A stretch of 64,000 nt of DNA. Origin: an uncultured virus (IMG/VR IMGVR_UViG_3300010347_001950). Its lineage: Duplodnaviria > Heunggongvirae > Uroviricota > Caudoviricetes. The translations under genes and the position numbers were made by a program. Positions within the stretch are counted from its first letter, which is position 1. The number at the start of each line of letters is the position of its first letter. Shown here in pieces: positions 39,187 to 49,512 of the stretch. Under the pieces are notes generated by a model. The model did no database searches. It was not told the origin of the DNA and was given only the letters and a program-made list of their open reading frames with translations. The stretch lies in IMG/VR virus record IMGVR_UViG_3300010347_001950; one strand, 5' to 3'.

Positions 39187-40746
39187 ATGAAGATTACACA
39201 ACGAGATTTGGAATTTCAAATTCTCAAATATTTGCTTACTGATAAAATATATATTACAAAGGCAAGGCTTTATAATATATCTCCCGAGCATTTTGTGTGG
39301 TTGATGCACGAGCCAAAAGAGGGGAAAAAACCTGTATATTATACACGGCTGTTGTTTAAAATGATAATTAAGTATTTTAATGATGGAGATTCCCTTCTTA
39401 CATATGAAGTTTTAGAAAACAAACTGATAGATATACGCGCCAATGATGAAGTAAAATCAAATTTTAATTTGTTGTGGTCTATGGTACAGGAAGAGGAAGT
39501 TGACGAAAACAATTTCTACGAATGGATTACTCAACTTAGAAAAAATTTGGCAGTAAGAACGACCAACGAAATATTTCAGGAAGGATATAATGTATTAACA
39601 CAAAAGGGTTTGGAAGCTACGATAAATTTGATAGAAGACAAGATTTCGGTTGTTAAGAACCAAATTTCTAACGAGCCAGAGATCCAAACAAGTTTTGATT
39701 TTGCAAGTTCTGCAGATATATTTAAAAATGAATATACCAGAAGGTTATCAGAACCGGAAAAATATACTGGAATACCATGTGGGTTGTCTGAAATTGACAA
39801 TAAAACATTTGGATGGCAGGGAAGTCAAATTGTAGTAGTGTTGGGTCCTTCGTCTGGGGGAAAATCAACCCAATTATTGAATTGGGCCAATTACGCATGG
39901 AAACAAAACAAGAATATCTTGTATTTTTCTTTTGAGATGGATTGGTGGACGTGCATGCTCAGGCATATAAGTCTGTACTATGAAGTACAATATGATAAAA
40001 TTAAAGGGCTGAAGCTTACAAATAATGAGATGAATGCCATTATTGAAAAAATGCAAGAGGGCAAGACTTCATATTTTGAATATGAAACATCTACCACCAA
40101 CGCAACTCCAAAATTTATTGATACAAAGATCAGGGAGTTGGCTAATACTAAGGGCATGCCACATTTGATTATTATTGATGCCATTCCGCACATGACGACA
40201 GAAAAATCAATTCGTTCTGGGGCTAAAGCATGGGAAAGAGCAGGCGATGTTGTCGAAGAGCTTCATATGACTATTTTAAAAAAGTATAATATTCCAATTT
40301 TAACAGCACAACAATTAAATACTCCAACGATAAGAGAAACAAGAAAAATGAAACAAGAAGGGAAAGCCCGAGTATATTATCAAGATGCTTCGGCTGGAGA
40401 TAGTAGGCTGATGCACTATGCACAGTATGCGATTGCCATGGAACCAGACAAAGATCAGGAAGTGTGTATATATCATCCAGTAAAAATGCGAGATGCGTGG
40501 TTCCACCCATTTGTGGCTAAATGGTGCCCAGAATATAATGCGGTATATGAATTTTCTACCGAAGACCAGATACAGTATAAAAAACTTCTTGGATTAATTC
40601 CAGAAGATACAGAAAGTCATTCTTCTGCTAAATCATCAAGAAAATCTAATTCCGCAAGTGATTTTGAATCATCGAATGATTGGTCGGATGACCAAGATAC
40701 AATTACCGAGGACGATCTTGTATTCCCAGATTTGAATATCGGGTAG
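39187..40746 (+). CDS. dnaB: Replicative DNA helicase (DnaB family)
   Basis: GIPCGLSEID..TFG, GPSSGGKS, YFSFEM, IIIDA, TAQQLN and KMRD. Confidence 0.85.
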   Translation: MKITQRDLEFQILKYLLTDKIYITKARLYNISPEHFVWLMHEPKEGKKPVYYTRLLFKMIIKYFNDGDSLLTYEVLENKLIDIRANDEVKSNFNLLWSMVQEEEVDENNFYEWITQLRKNLAVRTTNEIFQEGYNVLTQKGLEATINLIEDKISVVKNQISNEPEIQTSFDFASSADIFKNEYTRRLSEPEKYTGIPCGLSEIDNKTFGWQGSQIVVVLGPSSGGKSTQLLNWANYAWKQNKNILYFSFEMDWWTCMLRHISLYYEVQYDKIKGLKLTNNEMNAIIEKMQEGKTSYFEYETSTTNATPKFIDTKIRELANTKGMPHLIIIDAIPHMTTEKSIRSGAKAWERAGDVVEELHMTILKKYNIPILTAQQLNTPTIRETRKMKQEGKARVYYQDASAGDSRLMHYAQYAIAMEPDKDQEVCIYHPVKMRDAWFHPFVAKWCPEYNAVYEFSTEDQIQYKKLLGLIPEDTESHSSAKSSRKSNSASDFESSNDWSDDQDTITEDDLVFPDLNIG

Positions 40747-40752
40747 CTAATT

Positions 40753-41424
40753 ATGTCAGATAGAATTACGACAAATAATATACCACTAATACAAAGAAGA
40801 GATGAACTAAATCAAAAGGCCGAATTAATTTTGAGTAGCATAAATATAGTTGAATATATAGAAAGAGAATATAATATTGTTTTTGAAGAACAGCATGGTG
40901 GAGAATATAAAACACGATGCCCATTTAAATGGCACAGAGATTCTACCCCATCATTTTTTGCAAACCCAAGCAAAGGATTGTTTAATTGTTTCGGGTGTAA
41001 TTATTCTGGAACAATTATACAATTTGTCATGTATATAGAGGACATTAGTTTTGAAAATGCTATAGAAAAATTGTATTCATATATAGGTGGAAATGCCTCA
41101 ATTGATTCCTCTCAGATTACTAGATCTATAAAGCAAATAAACGACATGATAGCTGAGTATATCGACAGAAACGATATATCTTGTTTCCCGTGTGGTATTG
41201 AAGAAAATAAATTTCTGATGCTTGTTAATAAACGAATTAAAGAATATGAGCGAAAAGTTAATTATGACGAGAATGAACTTAGATGGATAGAAACAATTTA
41301 TCAGGATTTAGATAATATGGTGGCATGTCGTAATTATAAAGACATATCTAAATTTTGGAGCAATTTAGGCAATACAATATCTGAACATTATAGAAATATA
41401 TCTGGCAAACTTAGCGATAGCTAA
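40753..41424 (+). CDS. Stand-alone CHC2 zinc-finger protein (DnaG Zn-binding domain)
   Basis: CPFKWHRDSTPSF...FNCFGC..SG.IIQFVM..E.ISF.NA; no TOPRIM domain. Confidence 0.82.
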   Translation: MSDRITTNNIPLIQRRDELNQKAELILSSINIVEYIEREYNIVFEEQHGGEYKTRCPFKWHRDSTPSFFANPSKGLFNCFGCNYSGTIIQFVMYIEDISFENAIEKLYSYIGGNASIDSSQITRSIKQINDMIAEYIDRNDISCFPCGIEENKFLMLVNKRIKEYERKVNYDENELRWIETIYQDLDNMVACRNYKDISKFWSNLGNTISEHYRNISGKLSDS

Positions 41425-41431
41425 ATAACAA

Positions 41432-41752
41432 TTGTATAATGGAGATTTGATGATGGAATCAAGCAATGTATCTTCTGATGAAATTTTAAGACGTACATTA
41501 CAACGAACAGAAATAGCACCCTCAGAAATAGAGATTCGATTCATATATAATGGCGTTAGTGCCGCAAAATATTATTTTTTTAATGTTTTGGTGCAAGAAA
41601 TGTTTAATATTACAGAAGAAGAGGCAGCCAAATACATTATGAGACTTGGCATCGAAACAATTAGAGCAAGAATTATGAGCGCATATAATTCTGTTGAGGG
41701 ACTTCCGGAAGAGCTAAACGACGATGATTCTCTCCAGCCATATGCAGATTGA
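41432..41752 (+). CDS. Hypothetical protein
   Basis: 106-aa ORF. The start is probably ATG 41450, after GGAG. Confidence 0.6.
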   Translation: MYNGDLMMESSNVSSDEILRRTLQRTEIAPSEIEIRFIYNGVSAAKYYFFNVLVQEMFNITEEEAAKYIMRLGIETIRARIMSAYNSVEGLPEELNDDDSLQPYAD

Positions 41753-42560
41753 CGAATTGCCTATTTTAATAAATATTGGGATGTTGATTGAGGCGTTTAA
41801 GAAAAACGAACACGATTTATATTTGTTGTGGTCATTATTAAAATCTGTTGATAGGCATTATTTTTGTAATTCTGGAATTATCCCAAATTATATATTAATG
41901 GATGTAGGCAAGAAATTATTTGATATTAAAGACAGGCAAATGTATAACAAAATTAATATAGGTGTTGGCAAATATTGGGTTGGTCCATGGGGTGATAAGT
42001 TAAACAAAAAATATGGGCTATGTTCAAGAAACTATTTATATACATCAATAGAAAATGATTCACACAAATATATAACGATTGCCCTAAAAGATATATTTAA
42101 AAGTAATTATAACAATAAGACAATTAGATCTTCATTAATGTGTTTGATTGTTGCGCGATTTGGTCGTTTTTATCCATATCCATATTTGCTTATATCAGAA
42201 CATACAAATCTGTCAGTTTCGACAATAAAGCGGCTTATAGGCTATAATAAAGATATCAAGACATACAAGAATATATGTGTTATTACGCAAACACGCAATC
42301 TATCTCGTGCCATGTATATTAAGCAGAAATTGAACTCACAACATGCTATGATTATAAATATTCATAATAAGTGGTACATTTATAAAGTAATGCCAAATTC
42401 ATACGAAGTACCATTTGAAATACATGGTATGCCAAAGCACAATTATTTATGTGATGAAGATATAATATATGACAAGTATGTATTTAGCGAAAATATACAA
42501 ACAAATAATGAAAATTTAAATGTATGGAAGCTTTGCAAACATGCTATAATTAATAAGTAA
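41724..42560 (+). CDS. Hypothetical protein with a possible HTH
   Basis: YLLISEHTNLSVSTIKRLI is HTH-like. Confidence 0.55.
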   Translation: MILSSHMQIDELPILINIGMLIEAFKKNEHDLYLLWSLLKSVDRHYFCNSGIIPNYILMDVGKKLFDIKDRQMYNKINIGVGKYWVGPWGDKLNKKYGLCSRNYLYTSIENDSHKYITIALKDIFKSNYNNKTIRSSLMCLIVARFGRFYPYPYLLISEHTNLSVSTIKRLIGYNKDIKTYKNICVITQTRNLSRAMYIKQKLNSQHAMIINIHNKWYIYKVMPNSYEVPFEIHGMPKHNYLCDEDIIYDKYVFSENIQTNNENLNVWKLCKHAIINK

Positions 42561-42590
42561 GCGACTATATTGCTTTGTTAAGGATAAGAA

Positions 42591-45500
42591 GTGACTAATA
42601 AAGATTTTGTGCATTTACATGTGCACACACATATTTCTATGCAAGACGCTTTGCCAACTCCATATCAATATGCCATTTGTGCACGCGAGATGGGATTCAC
42701 AGCAGCCGCCATTACAGACCACGGTAGAATGGGAGGCGTTGTTGAATTTGTTGATGCCTGTCGTAAACCAATAAAAGATCTTCTGCCAATAAAGCCAATT
42801 ATTGGTATAGAAATGTATACGTGCAAAGATGTAAACGACAAATCAAAACATATAAACGAAGACACTGGTGTATTATCAAGAGAAAAATATTATCACATTA
42901 CGCTTCTTGCAAAAAATGAAACCGGATATAGAAATTTATTGAAGTTAAGTTCGTTGGGGCACAAATACTTTTATTATTTCCCAAGAGTAGACTGGAGTTT
43001 AATAGAGCAATATCATGACGGTGTAATCGCGTGTTCTGGATGTATAGGAAGTGAATTAAACCAGGCGATACTGAGAGGAAATTACGAAGAGGCAGAAAAT
43101 ATAGTCAAAAGATTCAAAGATTTGTTTGGAGACGATTATTATATAGAATATCAATATCATGGCATGAGTGAGCAAAAAAATGTATTGCCGCATTTAAAGA
43201 ATTTGTCTCATAAATACAATATTGTGCCTATTGTGTCTAATGATGTGCATTATTTAAAAAAAGAAGATTGGAAATTGCATGACTTGCTAATATCGATGAG
43301 GGATTTGTCGGAAAATAAACGCGATCGGAACAATGGGAAAAGGGAAGCATATAATACACATCAGTTTTATTTGAAAAACATTGATGAAATGCTTACTATA
43401 TTTTCTAAGTTTGACAAAGAAGCTATTTTTAATACAGTCAAAATGTCAGACAAAATTGATGATTTTATGAAGATTGATGTAGCGCCTTTCTTGCCAAAAG
43501 CCAATGTACCAACTGATGATGATAACTTTGTGGTGTTTTGGAACAAGAATCTGCCATACAATAAACCAAACGAGGCATACTTGGCATATTTAGCATTATC
43601 TGGGATGAAAAAGCTTGGATTATTAAATAATAAAAAATATTTTAGACGATTGCAATACGAATTGAAAACAATTTGGTATTCTGGGGTTACTGATTATTTT
43701 TTGATACAATACGAAACATGCGATTTTATGAAATCTAATGATATTATGTTTGGGATACGTGGTTCTGGGGTTGGTAGCCTTGTCAATTATTGTCTTGGTA
43801 TTTCTTCCATAGACCCAGTCAAATGGGGGCTAATGTTTGAAAGATTTTTAAATCCTGGCAGAGGGACACAATATAAAATTGATTATTCGTGTTATCCTGT
43901 TAATAAATGGATTGAGGAAAATTCTTGCAATGACCAGTCGGCTTCACTTAAAAGAATTCATGAACTAGCAAAGCAAAAAATATTAGAAGAAGCATTTAAA
44001 AAATATTCTGCTGATATAGACAAAGAACTATGGCTTATTGAAAACCAAGAAATGGCAGCATATTTGTGTAATATAGCAGATCTGGGTTTGAAATGTGCCA
44101 AAAACGAATCGCAGTTGTGGATAGCTTATTTCCTTGGTATTACAGATGAGATGCCAAACGGCGAATTAATAGTAAATAGGGTGGCTACTTTGCCAGATAT
44201 TGATACAGATATTGCGTCTGATAAACGCGAACAGGTTATTGCCTGGGCCAAGCAACGTTTTGGTGAAGAATGTGTTGCGCAAATAGGCACACGCGGTACA
44301 TATAAAGCGAGATCTGCCGTGCAATATGCTCTTAAGGCAAGTCCAAAATTCAACAAGATGTTTGGAGAAAATTCTCATTATAAAGCCCAGGAGATCAGCA
44401 AAACAATTCCTATGAGGCAAGTGCCCCCAATGACAATAGAAGATGCACTAGAAGAATCTCCTGAATTTTTAATGTGGGCTAATAAATTTCCAGAAGAAAT
44501 TAAAATGGCTTCCAAAATTACAGGAACAATACAACATTTGGGGATACATGCTGGTGGGATTTTGATTTCAAGCGAACCAATTACAAACGTTGCCCCTCTC
44601 GAAAATTCAAAAGGAATTTTATGTTCTGGATATGATATGACATCAGTCGAGCGTGTTGGATTAGTAAAGTATGATTTTCTGGGTGTTAAAGTATATACAG
44701 CAATTGCTATGGCTTTAAAGTTTATTGAAGAGCGACATGGCAAAAAGATTAATTTAAATAGATTACCACTTGATGACCCAGAAGTATTTAGGATGTATCA
44801 TGAAGGCAAAACATCTACAATATTTCAATGCGCAGGGGACGGTATGTTAAAACAGGCATTGCAACCTATACATATTGAAAAATTTGAAGATATTGTAGCT
44901 GTTATTGCACTTTATAGACCTGGACCAAAAGCATATATTAAAGACTATGCCTATGGAATGAAAAATCCACAGTCTATAAAATTTAGTCATGAGCTTTTGC
45001 AAAAACACCTTGGTCCTACATATGGTATTATGATATACCAAGAGCAGGCTATGTTTTTGGCAAGAGAAATGGCATCTCTTACATGGAATGAAGTAGATAA
45101 ACTTCGCAAGGCTATCTCTAAGAAAAAGGGAGATGATTTTGTGGCGATATGTAAAGTATTTGAAGCAAAGGCCACACAAAAGGGTATATCTAGAGAAGCC
45201 ATAAATGAGGTTTTGCACTTAATGGAAAAATTTGCCGGATATGCGTTTAATAAGAGCCATGCCACTGGATATGCACTTACTAGTTATTGGACTGCTTGGC
45301 TAAGAAGATATTATCCACATGAGTGGATGGCGGCTAATATACAGATTGATCATGATGACGAAGAAAAAATGGCTAGATATAAACGTGAATGTAAAAGAGA
45401 CAATATAATTATAATTCAACCAAATGTTAATGATTCTACTTTGAATACTACTGTTACTAATGATAACAAAATTGCTCTTCCGTTGACTACAATAAAGGGT

Positions 45501-45839
45501 GTTGGTGATTTGGCAAAAATAATTGTAGAGCACAAACCATATACTGATTTACGAGATTTGTGTTTCAGAGCAAAACCAAATAGGGGAATTATCGAAAGTC
45601 TGGCCGCCGGAGGGGCACTGTCTTGCTTAGAAGATGTCCATCAATTGGATACGCATGAGATTATGGAGATGTGGGATAATTTGGTTCTGGAAAGAAAAAA
45701 ATACGAAAAAGCAAACAGAAGTAGTTCAAAACAAAATTTCAAATCTGTATCTATATTTGACAATAATGCAGAACACAGCGAAGCAACCAACCATACCAAA
45801 AAACCAATGTTTTTAGATGATATATTCGGAGGATTATGA
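42591..45839 (+). CDS. dnaE: DNA polymerase III alpha subunit
   Basis: PHP motifs FVHLHVHT and ITDHG; RGSGVGSLV, FERFLNP, PDIDTD, GIHAGG, GLVKYDFLG, IYQEQ and YAFNKSHA. Confidence 0.95.
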   Translation: MTNKDFVHLHVHTHISMQDALPTPYQYAICAREMGFTAAAITDHGRMGGVVEFVDACRKPIKDLLPIKPIIGIEMYTCKDVNDKSKHINEDTGVLSREKYYHITLLAKNETGYRNLLKLSSLGHKYFYYFPRVDWSLIEQYHDGVIACSGCIGSELNQAILRGNYEEAENIVKRFKDLFGDDYYIEYQYHGMSEQKNVLPHLKNLSHKYNIVPIVSNDVHYLKKEDWKLHDLLISMRDLSENKRDRNNGKREAYNTHQFYLKNIDEMLTIFSKFDKEAIFNTVKMSDKIDDFMKIDVAPFLPKANVPTDDDNFVVFWNKNLPYNKPNEAYLAYLALSGMKKLGLLNNKKYFRRLQYELKTIWYSGVTDYFLIQYETCDFMKSNDIMFGIRGSGVGSLVNYCLGISSIDPVKWGLMFERFLNPGRGTQYKIDYSCYPVNKWIEENSCNDQSASLKRIHELAKQKILEEAFKKYSADIDKELWLIENQEMAAYLCNIADLGLKCAKNESQLWIAYFLGITDEMPNGELIVNRVATLPDIDTDIASDKREQVIAWAKQRFGEECVAQIGTRGTYKARSAVQYALKASPKFNKMFGENSHYKAQEISKTIPMRQVPPMTIEDALEESPEFLMWANKFPEEIKMASKITGTIQHLGIHAGGILISSEPITNVAPLENSKGILCSGYDMTSVERVGLVKYDFLGVKVYTAIAMALKFIEERHGKKINLNRLPLDDPEVFRMYHEGKTSTIFQCAGDGMLKQALQPIHIEKFEDIVAVIALYRPGPKAYIKDYAYGMKNPQSIKFSHELLQKHLGPTYGIMIYQEQAMFLAREMASLTWNEVDKLRKAISKKKGDDFVAICKVFEAKATQKGISREAINEVLHLMEKFAGYAFNKSHATGYALTSYWTAWLRRYYPHEWMAANIQIDHDDEEKMARYKRECKRDNIIIIQPNVNDSTLNTTVTNDNKIALPLTTIKGVGDLAKIIVEHKPYTDLRDLCFRAKPNRGIIESLAAGGALSCLEDVHQLDTHEIMEMWDNLVLERKKYEKANRSSSKQNFKSVSIFDNNAEHSEATNHTKKPMFLDDIFGGL

Positions 45840-46506
45840 AATGAGTAACAGGCTAGATAACTATAACAAAACTAATTTTATTAAATTAGTTGAACAAAGA
45901 AAGGATGGCGTTACAGAGCAAACATTTATGGAAGATGTAAGTATTTATCAAGAAGCTATCAATTCTTTGCCAGCTTATAGCGAAGAGGTATTTAGAAAAG
46001 AAATTAATCAAATGGACCTTGGCGTGCCCGATAATGAATATGATTTTAAAGAAGTGCAAAAGATTTATAGTAGATTGGTGGCATATAGATTTAGGATTGC
46101 AGAAATGATATCGGTTGTAAATGCGCACCATGATATGTTTGAGAAGGCATATAAGTCGCTTTTTAAAATTGCAGTAAAATTAATAGATGGTACTGCAAAA
46201 GACAAAGACGCGTATGCAGAAAATAGAGTTCAGCCATTTGCTATTGGAGTATTAAACACCGATAGTTTTTTGAAGTATCTAATTGAAGTAAAAGACGCAA
46301 TTGAGTTTGCGGCTATGAATATGGCCAGAATATTAAGGGAAAAAGAGGCATTGCTTCAGATAAATAAGCTTGACGAATTAGATGGCGCTATGTATAATTT
46401 TGAGAGCAATAAAGAAATCGGGAAAAATCAAGAAGATACTATATATCACGAAGATTCTATAATATATTATGACAATGATGGTCATGTTAGAAAAAAAATT
46501 GAGTAG
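45817..46506 (+). CDS. Hypothetical helical protein
   Basis: Lies between dnaE and the SSB-like gene. The start is probably ATG 45841. Confidence 0.65.
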   Translation: MIYSEDYEMSNRLDNYNKTNFIKLVEQRKDGVTEQTFMEDVSIYQEAINSLPAYSEEVFRKEINQMDLGVPDNEYDFKEVQKIYSRLVAYRFRIAEMISVVNAHHDMFEKAYKSLFKIAVKLIDGTAKDKDAYAENRVQPFAIGVLNTDSFLKYLIEVKDAIEFAAMNMARILREKEALLQINKLDELDGAMYNFESNKEIGKNQEDTIYHEDSIIYYDNDGHVRKKIE

Positions 46507-46572
46507 CATGATATTTACTCGCATTATGTGGTATTATAACAATACAAGCCTATATAAAAGGAGAACAAATAA

Positions 46573-47550
46573 ATGGCGACAAGAGTAACAGGGCAAGAAG
46601 TATTAGCCGAAACTTTTACCGGAAGGCAAAATTTTGCCAAAGCAAGGTATCTAAATTTAAAGCCAGATGAAAAAACCAAGGTTCTCATTAAGAGGGTAAG
46701 ATTAATTGGTTTTCCTATTGTGTTTTATCAATGCACCGACTATCAATACGATAAAACGCCTGGCGCTGAAAAAGGAAAGAAAGTTAGAGTACCTTTCCCA
46801 GACATTAATTCGAATAAGAATTTCACACGTATTATGCGCGAAAAGATTGTTGTAAAAGACGGTAAGCGCATTGTCACATTTGATGACGATCCTTGGTATC
46901 AAATGGGATATATTCCTCAAAAAAGATATGCCATTAATTGCATCGATAGAGATGATGGAGAGGTATATATATTAACCAAGGGTCAGACGTTATTTGGGGA
47001 ATTTGCTAAAGAAGAAAGTAAAAATATTGATGCCAACGCCGAAATTATCGAAGAGGCAAAAAAAGAAGGGATTGCTGTAGACCCAAGCCAGCTTAAGTGG
47101 ACAATTGCTGGTGGGGAGATTGCCCCAGACTTTAAAATTAAAGTAACCCCAGATGATAGATGGCAAGTAAGATATGAAGTATTCCCAACTCCAAAAGCAA
47201 AACCATTGACTGACGAAGAAATTGAAAAATTGCGTTCTGTGGGATGCCCAACAGACGAAGAAATAGCCAAGATTAGAGAAGAAGATCCTTCGCTTAAGGG
47301 GATGCCAGATTGGTTTTTGTATGGATATCCACTTGATAAAATATTTAGACCAACAGAACTGGTTGTTGAAACCAAAAGAGAAGAAACTCGCTTTGATGAT
47401 TTGGAAGATCCGGACTACGACCCATATAAAGAGGATACAGTAGAGGCGGTAGTGCCCTTGGTGCCATCAACCAGCAATACATCTGATGACGACGAATTGG
47501 ACGAAGATGATTTGGGGCAGGTGTTGTCTGGCTCTGATATTGAGTGGTAG
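46573..47550 (+). CDS. Putative phage single-stranded DNA-binding protein (gp32-like)
   Basis: KRYAINCIDRDDGEVYIL, DFKIKV and RYEV.P motifs, a very acidic tail, a strong RBS and recA next door. Confidence 0.6.
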   Translation: MATRVTGQEVLAETFTGRQNFAKARYLNLKPDEKTKVLIKRVRLIGFPIVFYQCTDYQYDKTPGAEKGKKVRVPFPDINSNKNFTRIMREKIVVKDGKRIVTFDDDPWYQMGYIPQKRYAINCIDRDDGEVYILTKGQTLFGEFAKEESKNIDANAEIIEEAKKEGIAVDPSQLKWTIAGGEIAPDFKIKVTPDDRWQVRYEVFPTPKAKPLTDEEIEKLRSVGCPTDEEIAKIREEDPSLKGMPDWFLYGYPLDKIFRPTELVVETKREETRFDDLEDPDYDPYKEDTVEAVVPLVPSTSNTSDDDELDEDDLGQVLSGSDIEW

Positions 47551-47556
47551 AAGAAA

Positions 47557-47600
47557 ATTTTAGTGCATGCTTGGCTGATAAGCCAAGCATGCACTAAAAT
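47557..47600. terminator. Perfect 20-bp inverted repeat
   Basis: ATTTTAGTGCATGCTTGGCT-GATA-AGCCAAGCATGCACTAAAAT, directly after the SSB-like gene. Confidence 0.75.
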
Positions 47601-47614
47601 CATAGGATAAATAT

Positions 47615-48826
47615 ATGAAAGAAAATCAACAGTCTCCGGATTTATCAGACCGCAGAAAAATTATTCAAAACAGGCTTAGGGCCTTACGCATACGTCCGTC
47701 TTCTGTAAAAATGGGGAATGATTTTGAAACCCCAGAATTTCTGCCAATTGGCATTGTTCAAATCGATACTATTCTTGGTGATGTCCCTGGTATAGCGCGT
47801 GGTTCTTTGGTTGAGGTGTGTGGAGAGCACCAGAGTGGCAAAAGCTATATATGTTTAAAGGCCATTGCTGAAGCACAAAAGAGAGGATTGCGCTGTGCGC
47901 TTTTAAATATTGAACAATCTTTTTATGAACCAAGAGCTGCCGCTATTGGGGTGCAAGTTAGAAATGAAAATTTGTTCGAGATGTACGACGAAATTCCGAC
48001 TGCAGAAATGTATGGTAATTTATTAGAAACATTGGTGGAAAGCGGCGAATATGCGGTAATTGTTGTAGATTCAATCACTGCATTAATACCAGAGGTTGAT
48101 TATAATAAAGACTTTACTGAAAGCCCCAAGATTGGCGCACATGCAGCGTTCGTTGGAAGATTAGTCAAAAAATTGTTAGGGTTGTGCGCAGAAACGCAAA
48201 CCACAGTATATTTAATTAATCAGTTTAGAACTGGTGCTGGTGTAATGCCAGGAACATATACGAAAAAGACGAGCGGAGGGCTGGCGCTTGAATATTTTTG
48301 CCATTATAGATTGTGGGTAGATAGAGTTGGTGGAGTTAATGGGAAAATTATAGGAGAGAATAACGAAGTTATCGGAGGCAAATCAAAAGTATTTGTTCAA
48401 AAGACTCGCTTTGGTGTCCCAAATCAAACTGCAGAATTCCCCATTTATTTCAAGGACGAAAGGGTAGACCCGTTAGGAGAATTTTTGTATCGTGCTTCGG
48501 CAAGGGGGAATGAATATATAACTATAAATCGCAAGGTATATCAATATATAGACAAAACTACCGGCGAGATGTATTGCAAGGACAAAGACCCTGTTGAATT
48601 TGTAAAAAAGCTTTTGGTTTCTCCCGTTCCGTTTGACCAATCGCAAAACGGTAATTTTCAAAATGGATTTGATTATGTGTCTAGCAAACTAAGGCTAACA
48701 GAAGAACAAAAGAAAGATATTATAGATTCGTTAGAAAAAGAACATATTATTGACACTCCAGGCGATACGTTATCTATTAAAATGGAAGAAGACAATACAA
48801 GCAACATAGAAGAAGAACCAACATAA
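47615..48826 (+). CDS. recA: RecA/UvsX-family recombinase
   Basis: GIARGSLVEVCGEHQSGKS, IVVDSITAL, INQFR, TSGGLALEY and KTRFG.P. Confidence 0.88.
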   Translation: MKENQQSPDLSDRRKIIQNRLRALRIRPSSVKMGNDFETPEFLPIGIVQIDTILGDVPGIARGSLVEVCGEHQSGKSYICLKAIAEAQKRGLRCALLNIEQSFYEPRAAAIGVQVRNENLFEMYDEIPTAEMYGNLLETLVESGEYAVIVVDSITALIPEVDYNKDFTESPKIGAHAAFVGRLVKKLLGLCAETQTTVYLINQFRTGAGVMPGTYTKKTSGGLALEYFCHYRLWVDRVGGVNGKIIGENNEVIGGKSKVFVQKTRFGVPNQTAEFPIYFKDERVDPLGEFLYRASARGNEYITINRKVYQYIDKTTGEMYCKDKDPVEFVKKLLVSPVPFDQSQNGNFQNGFDYVSSKLRLTEEQKKDIIDSLEKEHIIDTPGDTLSIKMEEDNTSNIEEEPT

Positions 48827-48936
48827 TTATATATTTTGCCGGCTATTTGGAATTCGTGGAAACGTTCATTGTAAAGAAGTAGTAGCAAACACGTCTTGGT
48901 TTACTATTCATAGGTTGATAATAATGGGAAGATCAT

Positions 48937-49512
48937 ATGTATATTGATACAGACAATCCAGAAGTTGATAAATTATTTTCATTTTATTCTTGTATTTGTA
49001 CAAACCACAAAATAGGTTATTTTAGTACACCGATATCCACAGGGATAAGATATTATAATTGGCTTAAAAGTAATAATATTAATGCAGACGACGCGAATAC
49101 ATATTCTGATAATTTTAAAAATGACGTTTTTATGCCGAATATAGATGGCGCAATGTCTGTGGTAAACAATATAGTTGTAAATGGGAACATTATAGTAAAT
49201 CCAGTTTCTGTTGGATTATTGCCAGGCTGGAAGCAAGAAGACTATATTAATTTTTGGAGGCGTGTTATTGAATCCAATATCGATTATGTTGTTTTTAATG
49301 ACGAATGGTATTATAGTGACGGTTGTGTATATGAATTTTATGTAGCTAAATACAATAACAAAAAATGCTATAATATTAACAATCAAGAAATAGCATTGTG
49401 CGATGGGATAAATTTGATAAAATGTGCCAATGAACATATAAAATCTATGGGTTTTAAATCGTATATTATAGACAATATTATCAGCGAATTAGAACAACTA
49501 AACAAGCAATAA
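48937..49512 (+). CDS. DUF4406/nucleoside deoxyribosyltransferase-like fold protein
   Basis: YFSTPISTG, NP and W..S.GC..E pattern. Confidence 0.45.
   Translation: MYIDTDNPEVDKLFSFYSCICTNHKIGYFSTPISTGIRYYNWLKSNNINADDANTYSDNFKNDVFMPNIDGAMSVVNNIVVNGNIIVNPVSVGLLPGWKQEDYINFWRRVIESNIDYVVFNDEWYYSDGCVYEFYVAKYNNKKCYNINNQEIALCDGINLIKCANEHIKSMGFKSYIIDNIISELEQLNKQ

Noticed and set aside
43863..44180. Intein in DnaE
   Set aside because: No N-terminal Cys/Ser block A, no TxxH and no terminal (H)N followed by C/S/T.
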